Source: Thermosynechococcus sp. WC_1 (lineage in GTDB: Bacteria; Cyanobacteriota; Cyanobacteriia; Thermosynechococcales; Thermosynechococcaceae). Taken from it: a stretch of DNA of 24,000 nucleotides. Positions 1-7,363 of the stretch are shown piece after piece. Under the pieces are notes generated by a model, which was given only the letters and a program-made list of their open reading frames with translations, was not told where the DNA came from and did not search any database. The stretch covers positions 1-24,000 of the forward strand of contig JAGVDA010000013.1 of assembly GCA_020058975.1 (NCBI GenBank). The letters are read 5' to 3'. Numbering within the stretch: the stretch's first letter is position 1; every line of letters starts with the position of its first letter. The translations under genes were made by a program, and so were the position numbers.

Positions 1-2283
1 AATTTTAGGATTCTTAAAAAACTCACTAACAAAGAAGCTGTGTAGCTTTTTATACTCCGAGGCTGTTTCTGTATTTACGCCTTGGTACGAAAGGTCAGCC
101 AGAGCTTGAATTAAAAAGCCTTCAAAGGAACCCCAAACATTAATTGAATCTGGGTCATCTGGATCAAATGGGACGAGATAGCGCTGATCGACGCCATCAA
201 AAATATTTGAACTATCCCTTTTTGGGTTGAAATAAGCAGCGTTAGGCTCAAATTCAGCCCAAAGGGAAAAAGAGCCAGGTCCTTGAGCTGGAGCGCCATC
301 AATAATAATGCCTCTCGCCCCTTGCATAAGGGCATTCTTTGTTATTCCATGCGCAAACTTTGACTTCCCTGACCCCTTTTCTCCAAGTAGAATATAGTTT
401 ATATGAGATTCTTGCCCATCCCAGGAAATTTTTGCAAGCGGGTCAAGGCAGATAGGCTGTTTCCGCCTAGTAACCATTTGATATCCTTTTCTGTGCAAAG
501 GTCGCTCACGGACCAAAGGGATAATCCCTACAACAGCAGAAGCCTCATCTTGAATCCTTCTTTCAAAAGAGCAAAACAAAGTTACAGGCTTCACCGTTTT
601 TTGTAACATTCGGTGAGCGGTAAGGGATGGTAGTGACGTAAAAAAAAGTTGATCGCAATATTCGCGTTCACGGGAAACAATATTCCCACTAAAAGAAGAT
701 TGCTCCGTAAATGAGGAGACCGCATCATTTAACTGAGGGACGGTAGATCTGTAAATCATGGCAACCCATGCACACTTGATAGAAGTAGCCCCTTTTTGAA
801 GAGATCGGGCCACATCAATTGCCTCTTCCCTCATCACATCTGAGGCAACATCCATCGTCCCTCGCTTAAGATGACCGTCTTTTTTTGAACTTTCAGTTTT
901 CACCTTCCAACTTGCAGCTCTGTGAGCATCCCCAGGGGGAACGGTTGAAAACTGAACCAATATTCTTGTATTAAAGACGGATGGGTTGTTGATTGCTTCA
1001 GACCCATAAAAAAGTTGTTCTCTTCGCTTGTTTGAGTACCAAATTCGCTTAGGGAACTTAGTCATTACGCAAGTCGCTAAATATTCACTCCTCCCTGCTA
1101 GGTGAACAAAATCCTTGGCAGGACTAATTCCGCCAGAATCAAATAGAATGCTAGCCAGCAATCTAGCATCCTTAGGGGGATGAATCACCATTCCATCTTC
1201 TGAAATTGTAATGAGATGATCTATTTCAGGGGCAGTTCCTTTGTTGAACTCTCCCCAAGCAAGCTGAAACGATTCGTTTAAAGAGAATGGGCGAACAGCA
1301 AGCTCTAGCTTTTCTTCAAGCATTCTTTTCCATTTTTTGAACCCTTGATGGTAGGCAATAGTCAAACGATCGCAAAGATCCTTTTCTGTATCTTCATTAG
1401 ATTTCAAGGATTCAAATCTTTGTTCAAGGAAGGCTTGAATGCGATCGCCAAGCTCCATCTCATCTTCCAAAAAGCCTAAGCCTGATAGGTTAGTCGTAGC
1501 GTAAATCCTTAAATGGCGTGGCGCTATTCGATGCTGGCAAGCTAAATCTTTGGTCCGCTCGTCAATGCCGTCAAGGATAAATAAATCCTCTTTTGACATC
1601 TCACGCGCGGCTCGCATTGCTTTTGTTGCCGCTAATTGCTGAACAATATTGACGCGAATTTCTGCATCAATTGTAATAACCTCAGAAGATGCGCTGCGAG
1701 AGAAGTCGGCCAACCCATCTTCAACTTTTTTCGAGATCGCGTTATATTGGTCATCTGAAAGAGAGTAAGAAATTCCTTCGCATTCAAAGACCCAAACAAC
1801 AACTAATTCATTAAGAGGGTTTTTTTGAAGGTAAGCGCCAACGTCTAAATCATCAAAGTTAAATTGAAGCATCTTGGCGAGATGGATTTTATCCTCAATG
1901 GGGTAGACCTTTTCGCGATCGCCCTTTAGGTTAGTTCTTACTTGCGAGCCAATCATAGGCTTAATATCTTGAGTACTTTTAAGCTGCGACGGAGAGAAGG
2001 TTTGATTTGAAACAATAAGCTTAGGGGGATTATGCATCTTGCCAATTTTTTTCCAAGGTCTTCCGTAGAAAAAAATCAGATAAGGGACTAGAAGCGTAAA
2101 TCCAATGACTGAATACAGAAAAGCATCTTGTGGGTGCCCCGACATTGAAAGTCCGGCAAAAAGGAAAAGGAGGGGAAGGAATATAACGACCAAGGGGGGG
2201 ATTAGCGCAACAGGGACAATCACTGACTGCCCCTGTGCGTAAGAAGCCTTGAACGAAATTTCGCTTACGGCTTCTTGGGTCAT
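1..2283 (-). CDS. VirB4/TrbE-family type IV secretion ATPase fused to an N-terminal VirB3-like membrane segment; C-terminus lies beyond the left window edge
   Basis: Absent from the ORF track because it has no in-window stop. Hand translation from ATG at 2283 (MTQEAVSEISFKASYAQGQSVIVPVALIPPLVVIFLPLLFLFAGLS...) stayed open to position 1 (761 codons). Two hydrophobic helices at the N-terminus. Walker A GEKGSGKS is encoded at 361-384. ATGA start/stop overlap with the upstream pilin-like ORF (2280-2283). Gene order is pilin then B3/B4. Confidence 0.7.
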   Translation of the reverse strand, partial: MTQEAVSEISFKASYAQGQSVIVPVALIPPLVVIFLPLLFLFAGLSMSGHPQDAFLYSVIGFTLLVPYLIFFYGRPWKKIGKMHNPPKLIVSNQTFSPSQLKSTQDIKPMIGSQVRTNLKGDREKVYPIEDKIHLAKMLQFNFDDLDVGAYLQKNPLNELVVVWVFECEGISYSLSDDQYNAISKKVEDGLADFSRSASSEVITIDAEIRVNIVQQLAATKAMRAAREMSKEDLFILDGIDERTKDLACQHRIAPRHLRIYATTNLSGLGFLEDEMELGDRIQAFLEQRFESLKSNEDTEKDLCDRLTIAYHQGFKKWKRMLEEKLELAVRPFSLNESFQLAWGEFNKGTAPEIDHLITISEDGMVIHPPKDARLLASILFDSGGISPAKDFVHLAGRSEYLATCVMTKFPKRIWYSNKRREQLFYGSEAINNPSVFNTRILVQFSTVPPGDAHRAASWKVKTESSKKDGHLKRGTMDVASDVMREEAIDVARSLQKGATSIKCAWVAMIYRSTVPQLNDAVSSFTEQSSFSGNIVSREREYCDQLFFTSLPSLTAHRMLQKTVKPVTLFCSFERRIQDEASAVVGIIPLVRERPLHRKGYQMVTRRKQPICLDPLAKISWDGQESHINYILLGEKGSGKSKFAHGITKNALMQGARGIIIDGAPAQGPGSFSLWAEFEPNAAYFNPKRDSSNIFDGVDQRYLVPFDPDDPDSINVWGSFEGFLIQALADLSYQGVNTETASEYKKLHSFFVSEFFKNPKI

Positions 2284-2789
2284 CCGCCTGCCCCCGCAGT
2301 AGATGCGCCATCTAGCAGGCCACTAGAGGATATCCAAAGAAGCATGGCTGAAACCATCAATAAGATAGTAAAGGCCCCAGCAAGATTGAGGATCGGGCCA
2401 GCAATATCTCGCCCAGTATACAAAGCAGAAATACCTACAATCGCCAACCCTAAAATAGCTAGGAGAATAAGCACTCCTACCATCAAAAACGGAAATGTGA
2501 CAACATCCCCAGCCGCAGGTCCAGCGCCAGAAACAATTGAGTGATTTTTTACTTTACCAATGGCCTCGCCAAAACCGTTTGCTGTTTGGGCAAGGGCACG
2601 GACATTGTTTAACTGTATAAAGAAAAGTGCAGTCAATAGTGGCAAAAATACGGATTTGTGACGATCAAGCGATCGCCTAAAAGCGGAAACTTGCCGACGA
2701 TACTTAAGCTTAAATTTCTGGATCGGGGTTAATTGTGGTTGAGGATACACAGCAGGCAGACAAATTGGGTTGAGAGATTGTTTTTGCAT
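2280..2789 (-). CDS. VirB2/TrbC-like T4SS pilin candidate (long signal peptide plus two TM helices)
   Basis: ORF track 2280..2798. ATG at 2789 is preferred because AAGGTGA lies 6 nt upstream. Signal-like LPLLTALFFIQLNNVRALA-QT, then two hydrophobic helices (VVTFPFLMVGVLILLAILGLAIVGISALY; IAGPILNLAGAFTILLMVSAMLLWI). Sits directly upstream of the VirB3/B4 ORF. Confidence 0.5.
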   Translation of the reverse strand: MQKQSLNPICLPAVYPQPQLTPIQKFKLKYRRQVSAFRRSLDRHKSVFLPLLTALFFIQLNNVRALAQTANGFGEAIGKVKNHSIVSGAGPAAGDVVTFPFLMVGVLILLAILGLAIVGISALYTGRDIAGPILNLAGAFTILLMVSAMLLWISSSGLLDGASTAGAGG

Positions 2790-2807
2790 GAAAATCACCT
2801 TCGTATT

Positions 2808-2863
2808 CTCCGAGAGACCCCCAGCAGAACCGTCTTCGGTTTGGTGGGGGAGGGATAGGAGCG
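2808..2863 (-). repeat. Orphan copy of the conserved-flank / variable-stem hairpin module also found at the right ends of the two IscB element copies
   Basis: Plus strand reads ctccgagagaCCCCCAgcagAACCGtcttCGGTTtggTGGGGGagggataggagcg. It shares the flanks ctccgagRgac and gggataggagcg with 9582-9638 and 12420-12463. Confidence 0.5.
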
Positions 2864-2876
2864 TCAGGCTAGGGGT

Positions 2877-3263
2877 TCAATGCCCCGCAGACTGACACTG
2901 TGTAATGTATCTATTCGCAACCGATCGCCAATGAAAATTTAAAACTGGATCGAGAAAAATCTCTTGCAAACAAAGAGGATCTGTTCGCCAACGCTCTTCC
3001 TCTCTCAAGGCATTCAGATGAGCCTCAACTTGATTGAGCTTCTCATCTTCCATTAACAAAGCCTTAACCCGCTTTATCTCTTTTGCCTTATCAAAACTTT
3101 GCTCCGCTGCTAGTAAAAGCCTACTGGCCAGAAAATCTGGAAGGTCACGAGGGCACATTTGAAAATATTTTTCTACATACAACTGTCGTTCGTTTTTTTG
3201 TTGCTCACCATAACGTTCCCTGAAATCGTTAAAAAGATTGTTTAGATCGTCTTGATTTTTCAT
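2877..3263 (-). CDS. hypothetical protein (128 aa)
   Basis: ORF track. Sits in the co-directional gene train. No motif recognised. Confidence 0.55.
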   Translation of the reverse strand: MKNQDDLNNLFNDFRERYGEQQKNERQLYVEKYFQMCPRDLPDFLASRLLLAAEQSFDKAKEIKRVKALLMEDEKLNQVEAHLNALREEERWRTDPLCLQEIFLDPVLNFHWRSVANRYITQCQSAGH

Positions 3264-3275
3264 GTTTTTCCTGTC

Positions 3276-3536
3276 TTACGGCTTATCAATCTCAAAAATA
3301 TGCCATACAAATCCGTCCATTTGTACGGTTGAAATATATCTGCCAATACTTTCAGGCAAAGGGTTGCCAGTGCCATAAATCGCAAAAGTCCGCGCCTCCA
3401 AAAAAGCTTTTTCGTCAACAGATGCCCATAGACAAAGAGAGCCATTTTGATTTTGAATAGTCAATAATTCTGCACCGATCGGTAACAAAATTGTTTGCTT
3501 GTCTGTTAATGTCAATGGGTATTTAAATATCTTCAT
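3276..3536 (-). CDS. small conserved hypothetical protein (86 aa), resembles a family common on phages/plasmids
   Basis: ORF track. MKIFKYPLTLTDKQTILLPIGAELLTIQNQNGSLCLWASVD...GTGNPLP...VWHIFE pattern recalled from memory only. Preceded by the 24-nt upstream cassette. Confidence 0.55.
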   Translation of the reverse strand: MKIFKYPLTLTDKQTILLPIGAELLTIQNQNGSLCLWASVDEKAFLEARTFAIYGTGNPLPESIGRYISTVQMDGFVWHIFEIDKP

Positions 3537-3543
3537 TAAATTT

Positions 3544-3567
3544 TTCCTTGCAATTTGCCGTCACTAA
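3544..3567 (-). repeat. 24-nt upstream cassette copy 1 (minus strand TTAGTGACGGCAAATTGCAAGGAA), ends 7 nt before ATG 3536
   Basis: 23/24 identical to 3883-3906. Contains an SD-like AAGGAA. Confidence 0.6.
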
Positions 3568-3604
3568 TACAATTTTAATCATTTTTTTGTTACCTTAAAA
3601 CTTA

Positions 3605-3877
3605 TTAAATTTCAAAACTATCCGCCCAATTTTCCAAAGAATGATTTGCTGCCTCGTGAGCCGCATTTGCAACGGAATAGCAATAGTCGCAAATATCAAA
3701 ATACGCATCATCAGCACCGCGACAGTACGGCTGCTCCTTGCCGCAAACATCGCACAAAAATGTCTGGCCAGGGACGCAAGAATAAGCTTGCTCAGGCTTG
3801 CACCAGCAATTCATCGGCTTAAGACTTAGCGCGGCTCGGAAATTTTGGGTTATGTTCCAAAGTTGTTTGTTTTTCAT
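3605..3877 (-). CDS. Cys-rich small protein (90 aa), zinc-ribbon-like
   Basis: Track ORF 3605..3922 trimmed to the ATG at 3877 (MKNKQLW...), which forms an ATGA overlap with the methyltransferase stop. Multiple Cys pairs (CWC, CDVCG, CDYC). Confidence 0.55.
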   Translation of the reverse strand: MKNKQLWNITQNFRAALSLKPMNCWCKPEQAYSCVPGQTFLCDVCGKEQPYCRGADDAYFDICDYCYSVANAAHEAANHSLENWADSFEI

Positions 3878-4713
3878 TTTTCTTCCCTGCAATTTGCCGT
3901 CACTAAAACCTCGCCAACACACCCTCTACCGTCTGACTTAGAGTTAATATTACGCCGCGCAGAAATACTATGAATTGCCCACTGATCGTACATTTCGCGA
4001 ACAAACGAATGATCGGAGTTAGATAGTGCGACAGGAACACCTTGTGAATCTAGAAACCCAAATAATTGCCTCAAAGAAACTTGGTCGCCCCCCGTAAATC
4101 CATCTCTCGTGTAACTCGTAAAGTCACTAGTTTTGCTAACAGATTGATAAGGGGGATCAAGATAAACAAAATCTTGATCTTTTAAATCATGCTTAGGAAA
4201 ATCTTTAAAATTTCTACAAACAATTTCTGCATCTTGCAAAGCAAGTGAAGCCGCCTTTATTCCCTCCTTATCAACGGACCACGGCGTTTTAGAAGAACCG
4301 ATTGGCACATTAAACTGGCCAGATTTATTTTCCCTATGCAATCCATTAAAACAGGTTTTATTGAGATATATAAACCGTGCAGCCCTCTCAATATCGGTCA
4401 AGAGCTGGAGTGATTGCCCCCTTACCTGGTAATAATAAGCTTGCGAATGCAAATGCTGATGACCGTGCAATCTTTGAATCAGACGATCGCAGGCATCGCG
4501 CACCTGAACATAAGCATTTATCAGCTCAGCGTTACTATCACTAAGAACTGCGCGTTCTGGCTGTAGCCGAAAAAACATTGCGCCACCGCCTAAGAATGGT
4601 TCGTAGTAGGTGCCCATAATTTTTGCAGGAATGTGCGGAATTATTTGAGGCAAAAGACCCGTTTTGCCACCAGCCCATTTAAGAAATGGTTTTGACAAAT
4701 TCAATGCAATCAT
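3874..4713 (-). CDS. Dam-type (D12 class) N6-adenine DNA methyltransferase, orphan (no adjacent endonuclease recognised)
   Basis: Motifs FLKWAGGK, YYEPFLGGGAMFF and DPPY. Start moved to ATG 4713 (MIALNLSKPFLKW), which forms an ATGA overlap with the upstream 60-aa ORF. Confidence 0.85.
   Translation of the reverse strand: MIALNLSKPFLKWAGGKTGLLPQIIPHIPAKIMGTYYEPFLGGGAMFFRLQPERAVLSDSNAELINAYVQVRDACDRLIQRLHGHQHLHSQAYYYQVRGQSLQLLTDIERAARFIYLNKTCFNGLHRENKSGQFNVPIGSSKTPWSVDKEGIKAASLALQDAEIVCRNFKDFPKHDLKDQDFVYLDPPYQSVSKTSDFTSYTRDGFTGGDQVSLRQLFGFLDSQGVPVALSNSDHSFVREMYDQWAIHSISARRNINSKSDGRGCVGEVLVTANCREEK
3883..3906 (-). repeat. 24-nt upstream cassette copy 2 (minus strand TTAGTGACGGCAAATTGCAGGGAA), ends 5 nt before ATG 3877 and lies inside the 3' end of the methyltransferase CDS
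   Basis: 23/24 identical to 3544-3567. Here it encodes the methyltransferase C-terminal residues LVTANCRE. Confidence 0.6.
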
Positions 4714-4892
4714 AATTTTTGCCCCATCGCCCAACCCACAACAAAAGCCGCTTGAAATAATGATAAAGAAAAAAACAGAAAAAACAAATTCCTATGGCTC
4801 CGAATCTTTGTTCCCAAAACTTGCATTGCCAGCAAAAAAGATACAAACGCTTCCAAAGCCCCAAGCGAATACAACCAAAATTCCCGCTGCAC
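4710..4892 (-). CDS. small two-TM membrane protein (60 aa)
   Basis: Track ORF. GTG start is preceded by GGAGGA at 6-nt spacing and lies 2 nt after the stop of the upstream ORF. Its stop overlaps the methyltransferase start (ATGA). Two hydrophobic stretches. Confidence 0.5.
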   Translation of the reverse strand: MQREFWLYSLGALEAFVSFLLAMQVLGTKIRSHRNLFFLFFSLSLFQAAFVVGWAMGQKL

Positions 4893-4894
4893 AA

Positions 4895-5095
4895 TTAATC
4901 CTCCAATCCCACGTATTTATCGGCCTGCTCTGGCACCACTGGGTAGGCTCGATGGTGCGATCGCGTCAGAAGGCTACCGCTTGCGATCGCTAATTGGTTG
5001 CGGTCCTTCAACACATCTTTGAGGCTTCGTCGTAGACCTTTTTCATCATGGATTCCAGTTGGTTCTACAGCGTTAAGTTGACTTTTCTTTGACAT
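4895..5095 (-). CDS. hypothetical protein (66 aa)
   Basis: Track ORF, co-directional and tightly packed. Confidence 0.45.
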   Translation of the reverse strand: MSKKSQLNAVEPTGIHDEKGLRRSLKDVLKDRNQLAIASGSLLTRSHHRAYPVVPEQADKYVGLED

Positions 5096-5104
5096 TTTTA
5101 TCCT

Positions 5105-5299
5105 TTAGAGCAAATCCATATCCTCGTGAGGGGGAAGCCAGAGCCAATCGTCCGCCTTCCCTAGAAGCTGTGTGTAAGCCTGCTGCCAAGCTTGAGTATG
5201 TTTTTCTTCAGGGATGCTTGCCAAAGACTCCAGGAACGGCTGGAACTCGGGATGGTTGCCCAGGCGCTGCGATCGTTGTTGCGGTTGAGGTTGGGTCAT
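5105..5299 (-). CDS. hypothetical protein (64 aa)
   Basis: Track ORF. 4-nt overlap with the upstream ORF. Confidence 0.45.
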   Translation of the reverse strand: MTQPQPQQRSQRLGNHPEFQPFLESLASIPEEKHTQAWQQAYTQLLGKADDWLWLPPHEDMDLL

Positions 5300-5508
5300 G
5301 CGATCACCTCAGAGCCACCATCAATATAATTGCCAGCCCATTCTTTCCAGTAGTCACGAAGAAATTTTTCTAGATCTTCTGAAGATAGCGCGTCTAAACG
5401 CGTTTCGTCTTCTCCGCAATCGTCACAGAGGTCAATGATTTCTGTCCTGTCAGCATTGCAATAGCCAATACTGAGGGTTAACCTTACTTTGTACTTGCTC
5501 AAAAGCAA
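5296..5508 (-). CDS. hypothetical acidic protein (70 aa)
   Basis: Track ORF (TTG start; an alternative TTG lies at 5502). GAGAGAGGAA upstream. Confidence 0.45.
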   Translation of the reverse strand: MLLSKYKVRLTLSIGYCNADRTEIIDLCDDCGEDETRLDALSSEDLEKFLRDYWKEWAGNYIDGGSEVIA

Positions 5509-5559
5509 TTCCTCTCTCTGTTCTTAACTACTCTAACAAAATGTCTACTTTTTGTCTAC

Positions 5560-5769
5560 TCAAATAGGAAAAATCTTAATTTCCCCTTGGCAGTGTGGAC
5601 AAAAAATAGTTGCGGACTGGGCAACAAATTGCAGCGCGTGTTTTTCGGAATAAACATACTCGCCGCGCTCATTTCTATACGCCTTAAGCGTTCCATTCCT
5701 GTCTCGTCGGCGCAATGTCCTTTCAGACAAGTTTGATATTTTAGCAAATTCGTGGATATTGTAGTCCAT
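5560..5769 (-). CDS. MerR/excisionase-type HTH DNA-binding protein (69 aa) with C-terminal CxxC
   Basis: Track ORF 5560..5862 trimmed to ATG 5769. MDYNIHEFAKISNLSERTLRRRDRNGTLKAY is a typical MerR-superfamily HTH. The longer N-terminus would run through a terminator-like hairpin. Confidence 0.6.
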   Translation of the reverse strand: MDYNIHEFAKISNLSERTLRRRDRNGTLKAYRNERGEYVYSEKHALQFVAQSATIFCPHCQGEIKIFPI

Positions 5770-5812
5770 CGGCAACAAAAAAATATTGACTATAGTTTGT
5801 CTAGGATAACAC

Positions 5813-5840
5813 AAAAAAGAGCGCACTAAAAAGGACGCTC
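5813..5840 (-). terminator. candidate intrinsic terminator after the 222-aa secreted-protein gene
   Basis: Minus strand reads GAGCG-12 nt loop-CGCTC followed by TTTTTTG. The stem is short (5 bp). Confidence 0.4.
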
Positions 5841-5861
5841 GCAGGTGATGGCGATCGCACA

Positions 5862-6530
5862 TTACCAGAGGGCACGGGTCCCCTGACTAGTCTTTTGTGT
5901 ATTGAGAGGGGCAATTGTCGAGTTAGCATCAAATGATGGCCGAACTTCTTGCGACAGACTCATAGGCTGAGATAGCTGTACATCAGAACAAAAAGATATT
6001 TTGCTCAAATCTACTCCTTTAGACGCCCAAGCAACGCAGCGATCAATCCGCTCCCAATCCGTTTGCAGAACTTTTTGCTTGCCATTTTCTTCAGCGGTTG
6101 CCGTAATCGCGGAAACATAGCGCTTATGGACCTTGCCTGTACTTGTTGGCAGTGGGACAGAAAAGGTCATTGTCCCACCAAAATTTCCATAATTTAAATC
6201 AGTGCTTCCCCATAAGGAAAGATTAAATGTCGGGACGGCTGATTGAATTCCTGGCCCAAAACCAATATAAGAATCATTTTGATTATTGATCTGAACATTG
6301 CTCATTGTTGAGCCATACTGAGATTGGCTCAATGAATTTCGTTGCTCAACTACTCCTTTGTTTGATAAATCAGTTGAGCTGTTAGAGTAAGAGGCTCCAG
6401 GCTGAGTTGTCAGATTTTGTGCAACTTGCACTTGAGGCTGAGAAGGCTCTATTGGAGTTGCGTTTGCAGAAACCGCACCAAGGAAAGCAAAAGGAATTGC
6501 AGCTAAAATTGACAGGATGCTTAATTTCAT
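5862..6530 (-). CDS. secreted hypothetical protein (222 aa), Ser/Asn/Gln-rich
   Basis: Track ORF. Signal peptide MKLSILSILAAIPFAFLGAVSANA-TP. Confidence 0.65.
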   Translation of the reverse strand: MKLSILSILAAIPFAFLGAVSANATPIEPSQPQVQVAQNLTTQPGASYSNSSTDLSNKGVVEQRNSLSQSQYGSTMSNVQINNQNDSYIGFGPGIQSAVPTFNLSLWGSTDLNYGNFGGTMTFSVPLPTSTGKVHKRYVSAITATAEENGKQKVLQTDWERIDRCVAWASKGVDLSKISFCSDVQLSQPMSLSQEVRPSFDANSTIAPLNTQKTSQGTRALW

Positions 6531-6559
6531 GGCACTCTCTTGAATAAGTATTATTGAGC

Positions 6560-6591
6560 GGGGCAGAGATAAAATCTCTGCCCATTTTTTG
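6560..6591. terminator. strong hairpin (10-bp stem GGGCAGAGAT/ATCTCTGCCC) between the two secreted-protein genes; the T-tract lies on the plus side only
   Basis: Read directly from gGGGCAGAGATaaaATCTCTGCCCattttttg. In the minus (gene) orientation an A-run precedes the hairpin and no U-tail follows. Confidence 0.4.
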
Positions 6592-6604
6592 ATCTAGCTA
6601 CGGC

Positions 6605-7024
6605 TTATTGCCCCCCAGCAAACAAGCTGTAGTTAGTCGTAGTCGAGTCGCTAGTATACGCAAAGTGCCCCTTTTGCTCGGTCTTTGCGGTGTAGGTACT
6701 GTTGTCAATCGTGGTATTGTCACCAACCGCAACCCAAGGATCTGGATTAGTTGGGTTATTAGTGGCAAACCCAGATCCAGAAAAATGGCCGTTATTAACA
6801 TTAATAGCCGCAGTAGCACGAGGGCCAACAGCATCGATCTTCAGGGCTTTTGAAAAAGACAAAACTTTGCCTGATTCGTTCTTGACGTAAGAAGTATCAA
6901 GAGTCCCCTTTCCGTGAGCAACTTCATGAGACATGCTATTAGTGACAACTGATTGCCCAGCTTTCGCAGGAGCAACAAGAGAACCAAAAACGATCGCAGA
7001 CAGTGCAATAGTAGATAATTTCAT
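6605..7024 (-). CDS. secreted hypothetical protein (139 aa)
   Basis: Track ORF. Signal peptide MKLSTIALSAIVFGSLVAPAKA-GQ. Confidence 0.65.
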   Translation of the reverse strand: MKLSTIALSAIVFGSLVAPAKAGQSVVTNSMSHEVAHGKGTLDTSYVKNESGKVLSFSKALKIDAVGPRATAAINVNNGHFSGSGFATNNPTNPDPWVAVGDNTTIDNSTYTAKTEQKGHFAYTSDSTTTNYSLFAGGQ

Positions 7025-7165
7025 TTTTTGTAATTTTCGTGGATGACAGTTAATTGTTGATTGGGCGTCATTCCTTGCGCTCTAGGCGTTTCGGACGCTT
7101 TGTTTCCGTCCTTCTACAGTTTTAGCTTACGAAAATGCGATCGTCAATAGCAATCCGCAAGTATT

Positions 7166-7363
7166 TTATTTTTCCGCCGGAGAAAAAAAATTGCTGCATC
7201 TTTCGTTGCCCCATCCCCAGCGATCGCAGGTAGCGCACAAAACCTGCGCTTTGCCTCGTTTGTAGCGTCGTTGGATGTCCTTTTCGTTGAGCAACATGCC
7301 GTGCTGTTTAATGCCGATCTCAGATTGGCAACCCGTTGGATCGAAGCCTGTCTTGTCGCTCAC
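7166..7363 (-). CDS. hypothetical protein (65 aa)
   Basis: Track ORF. ATGA overlap with the VRR-NUC stop. Confidence 0.45.
   Translation of the reverse strand: MSDKTGFDPTGCQSEIGIKQHGMLLNEKDIQRRYKRGKAQVLCATCDRWGWGNERCSNFFSPAEK

Noticed and set aside
111-2311. Track ORFs 111..335(-), 403..606(+) and 2030..2311(-) as separate small genes
   Set aside because: All lie inside the 761-codon open frame of the VirB3/VirB4-like gene, in other frames or on the other strand. 2030..2311 reads out of frame through its N-terminal membrane segment. Their sequences look like low-complexity shadow translations.
2275-2544. Plus-strand 89-aa ORF opposite the pilin-like gene
   Set aside because: It is antisense to a membrane-protein gene that fits the operon and is ATGA-coupled to the next gene. 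The Pro/Ala-rich product is typical of a shadow frame.
4664-4993. 109-aa plus-strand ORF, and the 71-aa minus ORF 4679..4894
   Set aside because: They compete with the 60-aa two-TM ORF (4710..4892). That ORF has a GGAGGA SD and interlocks with both neighbours by start/stop overlap; the alternatives have no such signals.
6560-6591. The strong hairpin as a canonical intrinsic terminator for the minus-strand secreted-protein gene
   Set aside because: The U-tract is on the plus-strand side only, and in the gene's orientation an A-run precedes the stem. It is kept as a hairpin of uncertain role (bidirectional terminator or mRNA stabiliser) with low confidence.
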